Notes: generated from the sequence alone by a model not told the origin. Numbered from the stretch's first letter, positions 35,856 through 45,216 are shown. The stretch: DNA of 64,000 nt from a virus (IMGVR_UViG_2684623061_000002:15870-79869), one strand, 5' to 3'. Translations and numbers: made by a program.

Positions 35856-36524
35856 TCAGTTCACTTCTTTGCAGCTCTGGCCTTGGCACTGGATCACCAG
35901 CGATCGCCCAGTAGAAGGGCAGCTAGCTCGGTACACGTTGCCGCTCACGACGGACACGCCGCCGGCGCTGCAGCCACGCTCAGCCGCATATCGGAGTGCT
36001 GCGTCATACGCGCTCCCAGTCGGCGGGGGCGATGCAGAGGCGGGGGCCGGCGCGCCAGCAGAGGGGGATGGCGCCGCAGCCTCTTGAGAGAGCGGGGAAG
36101 TGACAGCGGTCCCTTGGTCGTACACATAGATCGCCATTCCAGAGCCGGCCTTGCGATAGTTCGCGGCGCTGGAGCCGATGCCGAATGCTGTATTGCCGTT
36201 TGACCAGGCGTTCGCCACACCAACGCTGCCAGCGTATTGGTCGCCGACGCCCTGGATCAGGACGCCATTTGCACCGTACTTCGCGGCCTCGATCTTCAGG
36301 CGATCGATCGCCTTGTTGGTCTTCTGCTGGGCCGTGATCGCCCAAGAAGCATCGCTGTTCGACTCCAGAATTGCGACCTTCTCGAATCGCTCGGGTGGGT
36401 CGACATAGAGCCGGACGAGGGCCGGGTCTATCGGCGGTCGAGCGGTGCCGATCAGGACGCTCGACGAAACGCAGCCCGTAGCCGCGATGGTGAGTACTGC
36501 TGCAAGCAGGTGTCTATGAAACAT
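35856..36524 (-). CDS. Lipoprotein in the immunity region
   Basis: Signal peptide and lipobox MFHRHLLAAVLTIAATGC; LKIEAAKYGANGVLI. Confidence 0.75.
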   Translation of the reverse strand: MFHRHLLAAVLTIAATGCVSSSVLIGTARPPIDPALVRLYVDPPERFEKVAILESNSDASWAITAQQKTNKAIDRLKIEAAKYGANGVLIQGVGDQYAGSVGVANAWSNGNTAFGIGSSAANYRKAGSGMAIYVYDQGTAVTSPLSQEAAAPSPSAGAPAPASASPPPTGSAYDAALRYAAERGCSAGGVSVVSGNVYRASCPSTGRSLVIQCQGQSCKEVN

Positions 36525-36685
36525 TGGCCCCCTCCATTCCCTTGATGGTGCCGGCTCCTTGTGGGCCAGCGGATTTGCTGGGCGCTTGTGCCTTGCGGCG
36601 CGCCTTGAAATCAATAACGTTGCCGCCGGGCCCAAGCGGCAACTCTGATTGAACTGGGGGAGGCTTACAAAGCCCTCGAACAGTC

Positions 36686-37204
36686 TCAATCTCTGCCGAG
36701 AGCCTTTCTGCGAGTGCCCACAGCTTCCCGTCCGACCATTTGCTCATTTTGCCCTCTGGCACGAAGCCACTCGCTCATGCGTGTAGACGCATCCTCCAGA
36801 TCGAAATCTGAAGGGCTCAGCGATACGACGTCGTAGGCCATGAGAAGCATGTCGGTGTTCTCGTCCGAAATAACGAACTGAACACCCTGAATGTGTGACA
36901 CAAAAGACAGTAGGCGCATCGCACGACGGAGCGTTGCAGGGTCCGGTCGCCCCAGTTGCGACGACTCGTGAGATTCGTCATCGGCCTCCGATGACAGATA
37001 GCCAGCGGGCATGCCCGCGGCCTTTTCCAGCGCCGCTGCGCGCTTCTCGCCGAACGATTTGTTCTTGAGCAGCAGCGAGATCTCGCCCTGGTTCAAATTG
37101 TGCGCTCGCACAAAATCGGCCTGTTTACCGCCGTGATGCTGGTCGATCCACGCCTGAAGACGCGCTCGGCGAGTGGCTACTTTGGGGTTATCGACCGGGC
37201 TCAT
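36686..37204 (-). CDS. CI-like repressor (HTH, no obvious S24 domain)
   Basis: RRARLQAWI, NQGEISLLL, FGEKRAAALEKAAGMPAGYL; divergent from cro. Confidence 0.75.
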   Translation of the reverse strand: MSPVDNPKVATRRARLQAWIDQHHGGKQADFVRAHNLNQGEISLLLKNKSFGEKRAAALEKAAGMPAGYLSSEADDESHESSQLGRPDPATLRRAMRLLSFVSHIQGVQFVISDENTDMLLMAYDVVSLSPSDFDLEDASTRMSEWLRARGQNEQMVGREAVGTRRKALGRD

Positions 37205-37217
37205 CGGCGGAGCATCG

Positions 37218-37274
37218 GTTACCGATGGGTAATTTACCAAACGGTATTGACTTCGTATTACCATATGGTAATGT
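37218..37274 (+). promoter_or_regulatory. PR/OR-like region with three operators
   Basis: GTTACCGATGGGTAAT, TTTACCAAACGGTATT, ATTACCATATGGTAAT; TTGACT and TAATGT boxes. Confidence 0.8.
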
Positions 37275-37281
37275 CCAGCGC

Positions 37282-37509
37282 ATGGACACCCTTCGCGCGT
37301 ACCTCTCGAATCTGAGCCCGGCAGAGCAGGCGGACTACGCCAAGCGCGCCGGCACTTCCATCGGCTACCTCCGCAAGGCCCTCAGCATCGGCCAGCGTTT
37401 CGACGGCGCGCTCGCGCGTCGACTCGACGAGGAAAGCGCCGGCCAGGTGCAGCGCCACGACCTGCGCCCCGACATCTTCGGCGACGCCCCCGCGGGCGAG
37501 GCGGCGTGA
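37282..37509 (+). CDS. Cro/YdaS-like regulator
   Basis: YAKRAGTSIGYLRK, GQVQRHDLRPDIFG. Confidence 0.85.
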   Translation: MDTLRAYLSNLSPAEQADYAKRAGTSIGYLRKALSIGQRFDGALARRLDEESAGQVQRHDLRPDIFGDAPAGEAA

Positions 37510-37562
37510 CATGGACGCCTTCCGCCAGTTCATGACGACCATCAATGAGCAGGGGGCGCGGC

Positions 37563-37898
37563 TTAGCGCTTCCCGAGAGCTTCTGCAATCTCTGATTCGA
37601 TCAGTGCCTGAAGTTCCTTCACAACCGCCGGCTGCACAGTTGCAGTCGACCCCGAAGCCGACCAGAACTCGGAAACCCGGTGGTCCCACTCGCGCTTCAG
37701 CGCAGCGGGATCCGGGTGGCTCGCTATGAGCGCGCGGACGGCCGCCGTGAGCATCGCCACAAGCATCGGCGACAGCGGCGATGTCTTGATCAGCTCGTCG
37801 GTGACTTTTAGCAGCGTCGGTAACGCCATCACTGGCTTCTCGTACGAAGCGAGTCGGGCTTCGATCTGGCGCAGGCGCGCTTCCAACTGTTCGTCCAT
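37563..37898 (-). CDS. Hypothetical protein antisense to the early right operon
   Basis: GGAG RBS; 111 aa. Confidence 0.5.
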   Translation of the reverse strand: MDEQLEARLRQIEARLASYEKPVMALPTLLKVTDELIKTSPLSPMLVAMLTAAVRALIASHPDPAALKREWDHRVSEFWSASGSTATVQPAVVKELQALIESEIAEALGKR

Positions 37899-38230
37899 GA
37901 CGGTCTCCGGTGTAGGTGAGGGTGGGTCGCCCCTCCAAGCCTACGCCGGGGACTGTCGCCTTCGCACTGGCGTCCACTCAGCGCCCCTCGCGCACGCGCG
38001 CCCAGGGGAACACCACGACCCGCGCGACCTGGCCCTCGGGCGCAGGAGCGGGGCAGGGCAGGCGACGGATGGACACGCCGTCCTCTCGTCGGGTCACGGC
38101 GAACGCATTGCCGCATACGCGCTTCAGCTCGGTCACGGGCTGCATTTTTCCAGCTGATTTCACGGCGGCTCGGTCCTTCGGGTTCGGGCCTTTATTTCGA
38201 CCGAAACGCATTGGCAACGGTAGACAACAG

Positions 38231-38587
38231 ATGGCAACGGACGGCAACCAAAATTCTCTCCCCCTCGCATTCGGCGTGCACCACGCCCCGAAGGACGCGC
38301 CCGCAAAGGTGCTGCGTCTGATCGACAGCGAGGCGCAGGCGCTGCGCGTATCGATCGCGGCAGGCCACTTCAAGCTCGACTACATCGCTGCCTGCATCGG
38401 CAAGTCGCGCGCGTACGTCTCGCGCATGCAGACCGGCGAACGCCCGATCCCCCGAAAGCTGGTCGCGCCTCTCTGCGCCGCGACCGGCACCTACCTCCTG
38501 CGCCAGTACATCGAGCTGCAGGCCGCACTTGATCGCCGCGACGTGTGCCAAGTCTCGTACGTCGCCGGCCTGTTGAGGGCTTCGTGA
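38231..38587 (+). CDS. CII-position HTH regulator
   Basis: IAACIGKSRAYVSRMQTGERP. Confidence 0.7.
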   Translation: MATDGNQNSLPLAFGVHHAPKDAPAKVLRLIDSEAQALRVSIAAGHFKLDYIAACIGKSRAYVSRMQTGERPIPRKLVAPLCAATGTYLLRQYIELQAALDRRDVCQVSYVAGLLRAS

Positions 38588-38868
38588 TGGCTAATTTCTT
38601 TGTGGGGCAGCTGGTTCGTCTTGTGGTACAGCAGGACATCGAGGACTACGCAGAAGCGCGCACGATTGGGTCGATTGGGCAGATCGTTGGCCCTGGCCGA
38701 ACGTTCGAGACGTACGAGGACAGCTACGACTGGCTGGTGCATTTCCCGGTCTATAGCGATGGCGCCCTGTGCGCGTACTCGTGGCAGCTCGAACCCGCCC
38801 GGTACGACGGCATGCAGCCGGTCGATTGGTCGGAGTGTCTGTGGCAGCCGGAAGGGGTTGCGGCATGA
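38587..38868 (+). CDS. Hypothetical protein
   Basis: Coupled ORF in the early right operon. Confidence 0.6.
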   Translation: MANFFVGQLVRLVVQQDIEDYAEARTIGSIGQIVGPGRTFETYEDSYDWLVHFPVYSDGALCAYSWQLEPARYDGMQPVDWSECLWQPEGVAA

Positions 38869-39044
38869 ACACCCAGAACCTACCGCCGCTGGAATTCGTC
38901 CTTACGCCGTCCGAGACCTCTAAGGCTCGCTACGGCACGGTGTACCTCGAAGACCGGCGTCGCCGGCTCAACGAGCGCGACACGCGCCGCAGTAACAACG
39001 AGGTGGCGAACCTGCTGGAGCGGGCGCTGGAGGAAGGGGCATGA
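38865..39044 (+). CDS. Hypothetical protein
   Basis: ATGA-coupled. Confidence 0.5.
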   Translation: MNTQNLPPLEFVLTPSETSKARYGTVYLEDRRRRLNERDTRRSNNEVANLLERALEEGA

Positions 39045-39304
39045 CCGGCAACCCGAAAATGGTCGGGAATCCGACCCCCTCCAATGTCCAGCCTGGGGCT
39101 CCCCAACTGGAGCTTCTCGCCATGAGAGATGAAACCGTTCGAGCTCTGGACGACAGTGGTCTGGACCACGTCGTTCGCTACCTCGTCGCCCACGTACCGG
39201 GGCTGCAGCACACCCTGGCGGTGGCAATGCGGGAGCGGCGCCGGCGGCTGCGTGTGGCTCGCCACTTGGCTGAAAAGGCCGCTCAGGAGGCGACATGCGC
39301 CTGA
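39041..39304 (+). CDS. Hypothetical protein
   Basis: ATGA-coupled. Confidence 0.5.
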   Translation: MTGNPKMVGNPTPSNVQPGAPQLELLAMRDETVRALDDSGLDHVVRYLVAHVPGLQHTLAVAMRERRRRLRVARHLAEKAAQEATCA

Positions 39305-39501
39305 TCAGCTCCCTGCGGCAGCGGCGTGAGGACTGGAAGCAGGAGACACGCATTGCTGTCCTCGCTAACGAGGTGAAGCGGCGGATGGCAAGTGGCCAAA
39401 TAGTCTTGGCTCGCCTGAGCCAGAACGAGTTGCGCGACGAGATCGCCAGGCGCTCCCCCGAGCAGATCGCTCGCATGGAACGGAAGCGGGGGCTGCGCTG
39501 A
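39295..39501 (+). CDS. Hypothetical protein
   Basis: AGGAGG RBS; coupled to the replication gene. Confidence 0.55.
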   Translation: MRLISSLRQRREDWKQETRIAVLANEVKRRMASGQIVLARLSQNELRDEIARRSPEQIARMERKRGLR

Positions 39502-40352
39502 TGCGCGACTACGCCAAGATCGCGCCGACGTTCTGGACCGGGGAGACCGGCAAGGCCCTGCGTCGTAGGGGACCGGAAGCGGTCATCGTGGCGCTGTACC
39601 TCATGTCCGCGCCTGGCTCGAACATGCTCGGCCTCTACTACCAGCCGATCCTCTACATGGCCCACGAAACTGGGCTGGGCTTGGAAGGGGCATCGAAGGG
39701 GCTCCGCGACTGCATCGATGAAGGTTTCTGCCTCTACGATGAGGCTTCGGAGATGGTCTTCGTGGTCGAAATGGCCGCGTTTCAGATCGCTGAGGAGTTG
39801 AAGTCCACCGATAAGCGCTGCGTGGGGATCCAGAAGGACTACGACGCGCTGCCGAAGTGCCCATTTCTCGGCGCGTTCTTCGACCGATATGCTAGCGCGT
39901 TCCATCTCACCGACAGCCGTGGTGAGCAAGGGGCTTCGATGCCCCTACGAAGCCAGGAACAGGAACAGGAACAGGAACAGGAACAGGAAGAAGAGCATGT
40001 GGACACGCCTAACGGCGCGCCACCCGCAAAACGGTCTGAACCGATTCCGTTCCAGCTGATCGTCGACGCCTACAACTCGACCATGACCGGCCTGCCCAAG
40101 GTCCGGGAGATGACCGCCAAGCGTCGAACCCTGATCCGCTCCGCGTGGATGGAGTCGCAGAACCGGCGCTCGATGGAGTTCTGGCACGCGTACTTCGCCG
40201 AGTGCCAGGACGACAACTGGCTCAACGGCGCCGGCCCGTATACCGCGCCGCACGAGAACTGGCGCCCGACGTTCGACTACCTGCTGAGCGCCAAGTGCGT
40301 GACCAAGGTCTTCGAGCGTTCCATGGACCTGATCGAGCGGGGTGAAGGATGA
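39501..40352 (+). CDS. Phage replication initiation protein (O-like)
   Basis: MRDYAKIAPTFWTGETG, QEQEQE linker, WRPTFDYLL; upstream of the helicase. Confidence 0.8.
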   Translation: MRDYAKIAPTFWTGETGKALRRRGPEAVIVALYLMSAPGSNMLGLYYQPILYMAHETGLGLEGASKGLRDCIDEGFCLYDEASEMVFVVEMAAFQIAEELKSTDKRCVGIQKDYDALPKCPFLGAFFDRYASAFHLTDSRGEQGASMPLRSQEQEQEQEQEQEEEHVDTPNGAPPAKRSEPIPFQLIVDAYNSTMTGLPKVREMTAKRRTLIRSAWMESQNRRSMEFWHAYFAECQDDNWLNGAGPYTAPHENWRPTFDYLLSAKCVTKVFERSMDLIERGEG

Positions 40353-41794
40353 GCGCCGTGATGCGAGACGAGCGCGACGTCGCCCAGCTGCGTGTGCCGC
40401 CGCAGGCCGTCGACGCCGAGCAGAACGTGCTGGGCGGGTTGATGGTCGATCCCGCGGCCTACGACCTGGTCGCGGACGTCCTGGTCGAGGAGGACTTCTA
40501 CCGCCGCGACCACCAGCTAATCTACCGGGCGATCCGCGAGCTGGCCGAGAAGAGCCGGCCGTTCGATGCGGTGACGCTGGGCGAGTGGTTCGACTCGCAG
40601 GGCCTCGCCGACCAGGTTGCAAAGGGCGCCTACCTGATCGAGCTGGCGAGCACGACGTGGTCGGCTGCCAACGTGGCGGCCTACGCCGAGATCGTCCGCG
40701 ACAAGGCGGTGCTGCGGCAGCTGATCGACGTGGGCACCCGGATCGCAAACGACGGCTTCCAGCCCGAGGGCCGCAACACCGAGGAGCTGCTGGCCGACGC
40801 ACAGACGCGGGTCAACGACCTGACCTCGGCGAAGGAGGGCGCAGCAGACGGCCTGACGCCGGTGAGCGCGGGCCTGGCCGAGCTGTTCTCGGACCTGCAG
40901 GGCTACTACGCCGGCACGCTCGCCCCAGGTATCCCCCTGCCGTGGAAGTCACTGCGGGACGTCATCCCGGGCATGGCCGACGGCGACCTGATCATCGTGG
41001 CTGGCCGACCGGGCATGGGCAAGTCGGTCTTCGGCACCGAGGTCGCCATGCATGTGGCCGAGACCGAGGGTGTCGCCGCGTTGTTCTCGCTGGAAATGTC
41101 CAAGAAGCAGCTGAACATGCGGCTGCTGTCGGCCCTGTCTGGTATCTCGGCCACCCGCATGAAGACGCCGGGCGAGATCGCGGACGAGGAGTGGCCGGTC
41201 ATCACGCAGGCCATGGCGCGGCTCAAGGGAATGCCCCTGCATATCGACGATACCCCCGGCCTGACGATCCACCGGCTGCGCGCCAGAGTCCGCCGCCTGC
41301 GGTCCAGGCTCAAGGCCAAGGGCCAGAGGTTGCGCCTGGTCGTCGTGGACTACCTGCAGCTCATGGCCGGCACGTCCAAGCGCTCGGACAACCGAACCGA
41401 GGAGGTCTCGGAGATCTCCCGCGGTCTGAAGCTACTGGCCAAGGAGTCCGGCTGCCCCGTGGTCGCGCTGTCGCAGCTGAACCGCTCAGTGGAGAGCCGG
41501 CAGAACAAGCGCCCCGCCATGTCCGACCTGCGCGAGTCCGGTGCGATCGAGCAGGACGCCGACGTGATCGTCTTCCTGTACCGGGAGGACTACTACAACC
41601 CCGCAACGATCTCTCCGGGCGTCATCGAAGCCATCGTCGCCAAGCAGCGCAGTGGTCCGACCGAGACCGCCTACCTCCGACACGACCTCCCATGCTCCCG
41701 GTTCCACAACCGAGAGGGCGGGCGGCCCGAGTACGACGCCAAAGCCACCAGCTCCGCCAGAGCAGACCGCTGGGGGAAGCAGAGCCGTGACTAA
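40349..41794 (+). CDS. dnaB: Replicative DNA helicase (phage DnaB)
   Basis: AGRPGMGKS, FSLEMS, VVDYLQLM, LSQLNR, DLRESGAIEQDAD. Confidence 0.96.
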   Translation: MSAVMRDERDVAQLRVPPQAVDAEQNVLGGLMVDPAAYDLVADVLVEEDFYRRDHQLIYRAIRELAEKSRPFDAVTLGEWFDSQGLADQVAKGAYLIELASTTWSAANVAAYAEIVRDKAVLRQLIDVGTRIANDGFQPEGRNTEELLADAQTRVNDLTSAKEGAADGLTPVSAGLAELFSDLQGYYAGTLAPGIPLPWKSLRDVIPGMADGDLIIVAGRPGMGKSVFGTEVAMHVAETEGVAALFSLEMSKKQLNMRLLSALSGISATRMKTPGEIADEEWPVITQAMARLKGMPLHIDDTPGLTIHRLRARVRRLRSRLKAKGQRLRLVVVDYLQLMAGTSKRSDNRTEEVSEISRGLKLLAKESGCPVVALSQLNRSVESRQNKRPAMSDLRESGAIEQDADVIVFLYREDYYNPATISPGVIEAIVAKQRSGPTETAYLRHDLPCSRFHNREGGRPEYDAKATSSARADRWGKQSRD

Positions 41795-41845
41795 CACCCA
41801 TCCGCCGGCATCGCGCGCGCGCGCGTTTGGCACCAGGAGCAAGCG

Positions 41846-42178
41846 ATGAACCTGACCGCAAACCTGGGGCTGAGCAAGCTCCATCATCGGGACGATTTCG
41901 TCCCGATCGAGCCCTACTCGCATGTGGCTGCGCTGCCAAGCAAGAAAAGCGGGAAGGTCGCAGCCAAACACGACCTCGCCGGCCAGCCAACGATGGTGGT
42001 CTACGCACGGTTCCTGGCCTGGGCGGTTGAGCAGGCTCGCTTCCCGATGTCGGAGCAGGTCGTCGACCGTTTTCATTGCAGCAATGCGACTGCGCACCGA
42101 TGGCTGAACTTCCTCGCCGAGGCCTATGGCGTAGATCGCCCGAAGTTGCGTCAGTGCGCCAAGGGGCCGCAGCGATGA
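41846..42178 (+). CDS. Hypothetical protein (possible HTH)
   Basis: AGGAG RBS; FHCSNATAHRWL. Confidence 0.6.
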   Translation: MNLTANLGLSKLHHRDDFVPIEPYSHVAALPSKKSGKVAAKHDLAGQPTMVVYARFLAWAVEQARFPMSEQVVDRFHCSNATAHRWLNFLAEAYGVDRPKLRQCAKGPQR

Positions 42179-42363
42179 GCGCGCCCAAGTTCACGCCGGA
42201 GGTCGCGGATGTAGTCCTGGAGCAAATGAGCCAAGACATGCGCTCCTATGGCGCTGGCTTCATGCGGGTCACCAGCCACGACGGCCACGTCGATATTTGC
42301 GCCATACCAGCGAGCGATGTGTTTCTCGGCATTGATTCGGCAAAGACGCTGGGTGAGGCGTGA
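42175..42363 (+). CDS. Hypothetical protein
   Basis: Coupled ORF. Confidence 0.5.
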   Translation: MSAPKFTPEVADVVLEQMSQDMRSYGAGFMRVTSHDGHVDICAIPASDVFLGIDSAKTLGEA

Positions 42364-42668
42364 GCCAGCGCCGCCCCAAAGCCAGGCTCGACGGCAACCA
42401 CACCGTGATTGCGCGGCACTTCGAGGCGCTGGGATGCAGCGTGGTCGAGCTGCCGCATGCGGGCGTGGCGGGCTTCCCGGACCTGGTCGTCGGCTGCATC
42501 GGAAGAAACCGGCTGGTCGAGATCAAGAATCCCGACACCGCCTACGGCCGCGCCGGCCTAAACAAAAATCAGCAAGAGTTCAACCGCGACTGGCGCGGCG
42601 AGCCCATGTTCGCTGTGTGCAGCGAGGACGAGGCGACCGCGCTGGTGCTGAACTGGAGGCGGGCGTGA
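42360..42668 (+). CDS. VRR-NUC-like PD-(D/E)xK nuclease
   Basis: GFPDLVVG, LVEIK, QQEF. Confidence 0.75.
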   Translation: MSQRRPKARLDGNHTVIARHFEALGCSVVELPHAGVAGFPDLVVGCIGRNRLVEIKNPDTAYGRAGLNKNQQEFNRDWRGEPMFAVCSEDEATALVLNWRRA

Positions 42669-43021
42669 AGCGCGGCCGCAGCACCGGCAAGCCGACGGCG
42701 GCGCAGGTCGCTCGCTTCGAGCTGATCCGCGAGCACGGATGCGTGGCGTGCCACCAGGACGGGCTGCACCGCCTCCCGGAGATCCACCACCTCACCATCG
42801 GCGGCAAGCACGGCCAGAAGCGGCGAGGACACGACTTCACCATCGGGCTCTGTTCCTGGCACCACCGCGGGGATCCCGGCTTCAGCGACCGCGATCTGTG
42901 CGAACTCGCCTACGGCCCCAGCTACGCGCTCCAGCCCAAGCTATTCCGCGAAACCTTCGGTCAGGACGACTACCTGCTGGCGTATCAGAACCGGCTCATT
43001 GGGCTGTCGGAGGCTGCATGA
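42665..43021 (+). CDS. Ref-like HNH-fold recombination nuclease
   Basis: GCVAC, EIHHL, TIGLCSWHHRG. Confidence 0.7.
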   Translation: MKRGRSTGKPTAAQVARFELIREHGCVACHQDGLHRLPEIHHLTIGGKHGQKRRGHDFTIGLCSWHHRGDPGFSDRDLCELAYGPSYALQPKLFRETFGQDDYLLAYQNRLIGLSEAA

Positions 43022-43263
43022 ACTCGCTGCCCTCATGGGTCCGGCCGCCGGTAGTAGATGCCTACGACCTGACGCCATGCATGTTCCTCGTGAAGCTGAT
43101 TCGAGGCGCGATGGAGCGCGGCGAGACGGTCGACAAGGTGTCGCTGCCTACACAATTCCTCGACTACATGCAGCGCGAGGCGCTTACGTTCTCGACCCCA
43201 TCCGTGATCGTGCCGCCGGTGCGATTCATGGGCGTTGATCTTGTGTTTGAGGATGAGCCATGA
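43018..43263 (+). CDS. Hypothetical protein
   Basis: ATGA-coupled. Confidence 0.5.
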   Translation: MNSLPSWVRPPVVDAYDLTPCMFLVKLIRGAMERGETVDKVSLPTQFLDYMQREALTFSTPSVIVPPVRFMGVDLVFEDEP

Positions 43264-43691
43264 CCACGACCGACCTATTCGGCGCCTACGTGCGCAGCCG
43301 GCTCGACCACTGGGGGCAGGAGTTCGCCCTGCACCGGGATTGTGAGTACCTCGGCCATCAGTCCGTGAACCTGCTGCAGGTGCTGATCGACCACAAGGGC
43401 GAAATGCCGGCCCGGCCGACGGGCTTCAAGCCGCTGGAGGTCTCGAACGAGGCCATGCAGATCGAGGACATTGTCGCCGACGTGGCGCGCGGGCACGCCG
43501 CCATGGCGATCTGCCTGCGGGGCTACTACTGCGCGATGGGACGGCGCCGGGTCGAGCGCTGGGAGACGGCGAACCTGCTGCTCGCACACGCTGGCCTGCC
43601 GATGGTCCGGGCAACCGCCTACATGGACCTGGCCCAGCGCGGCGAGGACCGGGTTTACGGAGTTCTCGCCGGCATGGCCCGAGCCGCTTGA
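43260..43691 (+). CDS. Putative late antiterminator (Q-like)
   Basis: Last early gene before the late promoter, terminators and lysis genes; VRSRLDHWG. Confidence 0.6.
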   Translation: MTTTDLFGAYVRSRLDHWGQEFALHRDCEYLGHQSVNLLQVLIDHKGEMPARPTGFKPLEVSNEAMQIEDIVADVARGHAAMAICLRGYYCAMGRRRVERWETANLLLAHAGLPMVRATAYMDLAQRGEDRVYGVLAGMARAA

Positions 43692-43747
43692 CGCGGTCGG
43701 ACTTGCGGGAGCAATATTCGGGCACTGTGGCGAAACTGCCACTACCG

Positions 43748-43781
43748 AACGGCTCGCCTAACCAGCGGGCCGTTTTCGTTT
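43748..43781 (+). terminator. tR'-like terminator after the late promoter
   Basis: AACGGCTCGC pairs with GCGGGCCGTT, followed by TTCGTTT; TTGACG at the Q stop. Confidence 0.65.
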
Positions 43782-43785
43782 CAAT

Positions 43786-43881
43786 TTGGCGAATGCCCGG
43801 GCTGACGGGCGGCAACTACAGTAGTGCGCGCTTTGCTGGGCTTGCTACAACCCTGTGCCGGAGATCAGCGCCGGCCGCCAA
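43786..43881 (+). ncRNA. Candidate structured RNA with kissing loops in the late leader
   Basis: Closing stem TTGGCG/CGCCAA; hairpin loops containing GCTGA and TCAGC are complementary. Confidence 0.5.
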
Positions 43882-43889
43882 TTCAACCC

Positions 43890-43922
43890 AAGCCCTGCGA
43901 GCGATCGCGGGGCTTTTTCTTT
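43890..43922 (+). terminator. Intrinsic terminator before the endolysin
   Basis: AAGCCCTGCGA-GCGA-TCGCGGGGCTT followed by TTTCTTT. Confidence 0.75.
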
Positions 43923-43932
43923 GGACCCAGCC

Positions 43933-44352
43933 ATGCCCTTCCAGCTCTCCGCCAAAAGCCGCGAGCGGCTGAAAGGCGTGCATCCCGACCTGCGCCGCGT
44001 CGTCGAGCGCGCGATCGAGCTGACCACGGTCGACTTCGTCGTGACGCAAGGCAATCGCACCCAGGACGAGCAGGACGAGCTTTACGCCCAGGGCCGCACG
44101 AAGCCGGGCAAGAAGGTGACCTGGACCCGGAACAGCCGGCACATCGGCGGCTTCGCCGTCGACGTAGCGCCCTGGGTGTGCGGCGGCATCGAGTGGGACG
44201 ACGATGGTCGCATCGGCGTGTGGCCGCGCATCGCTGAGGCGTTCAAGGCCGCGGCCGCCGAGTTGGGCGTGCCGATCAAGTGGGGCGGCGACTGGCTGAA
44301 GACCAAGGACCGACCCCACTTCGAACTGCCGGCCGACAGGTATCCGGCATGA
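43933..44352 (+). CDS. M15-family (L-Ala-D-Glu peptidase) endolysin
   Basis: GVHPDL, RTQDEQDELYAQGRTKPG, SRHIGGFAVD, WGGDW, DRPHFEL. Confidence 0.92.
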   Translation: MPFQLSAKSRERLKGVHPDLRRVVERAIELTTVDFVVTQGNRTQDEQDELYAQGRTKPGKKVTWTRNSRHIGGFAVDVAPWVCGGIEWDDDGRIGVWPRIAEAFKAAAAELGVPIKWGGDWLKTKDRPHFELPADRYPA

Positions 44353-44609
44353 ACGAGTCCCTGGACATCATCGTTCGCCTGCTGGCGATTGTCGTACCGG
44401 TGCTGATGGCGGTTATCTGCGGGCTGATCGGCTGGGTGTGGCTGCTCTGGCAAGACCACAACAAGCACAAGCTGTATTGCGCCGAGAGCATGCTCAAAAC
44501 CGGCGCGCTGCAGGAAGTGAAAGACGAGATCCACGGACTGCGAAACATCGTCTACCAGATCGCACTGAAGATGGACGTGCCGGTCTTCACGGAGCCCTAT
44601 CGCCGATGA
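44349..44609 (+). CDS. Small membrane protein (holin/antiholin candidate)
   Basis: N-terminal TM; in the lysis cassette. Confidence 0.6.
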   Translation: MNESLDIIVRLLAIVVPVLMAVICGLIGWVWLLWQDHNKHKLYCAESMLKTGALQEVKDEIHGLRNIVYQIALKMDVPVFTEPYRR

Positions 44610-44950
44610 GCGACGAGCTGGAGTTAGCCCGGGAGTTCCGCGCGGGCATGGAGCGGCTAGACGCGGCACTTAGCCGGCTCGGCCGAGGAAATGGCAGCAA
44701 CGCGATGATCAACGTCAACGCCGGCGGTATCGGTGTCGGAATCGCGGTTGCCTGCTGCGTGGCCATGCTCGCGGCTGGCTTCGTGGGTGCCCTTTGGATG
44801 GTCAGCGACCGCGCCGAAAAGGCGGCGGAGCTGACTGAGATCCGCGACCAACTGCGCGAGCGCCGCGACGGCGAGAACGCCATCCGAGCCTACATCAATA
44901 CGGGCATTTTGAAGCCCAAGAGCGACAAGGAGCAGACCAATGCCCGGTGA
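44606..44950 (+). CDS. Membrane protein, lysis cassette
   Basis: Central TM flanked by helical segments. Confidence 0.6.
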   Translation: MSDELELAREFRAGMERLDAALSRLGRGNGSNAMINVNAGGIGVGIAVACCVAMLAAGFVGALWMVSDRAEKAAELTEIRDQLRERRDGENAIRAYINTGILKPKSDKEQTNAR

Positions 44951-45215
44951 AGAGGAAATCATCATCATTGGCGGCGGCCCGAAGAAGCCGCCGCAGCCGT
45001 TGACCAGCCTCAAGCCGCAGGGCGTCGAGAGCCTTCGCGTGATGGCGAAGAAGTACACGACCTGGGTCTGGGGCTTCGTCGCGGCGTTGCCGCAGCTCTA
45101 CACCACCATGCTCGCGCTCGGCCCGATCCCGGCCAGCATGGAGCGGATCCTCTGGGGCACCGCGGCCTTCGGGCTGTTCTGCTCGTGGGTCAAGCAGCGC
45201 GTCGACGGGGAGTGA
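44940..45215 (+). CDS. Putative holin
   Basis: AGGAG RBS; two hydrophobic segments. Confidence 0.55.
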   Translation: MPGEEEIIIIGGGPKKPPQPLTSLKPQGVESLRVMAKKYTTWVWGFVAALPQLYTTMLALGPIPASMERILWGTAAFGLFCSWVKQRVDGE

Positions 45216-45216
45216 C

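Noticed and set aside
39954-39989. (CAGGAA)n repeat
   Set aside because: Encodes the QEQE linker common in phage replication proteins
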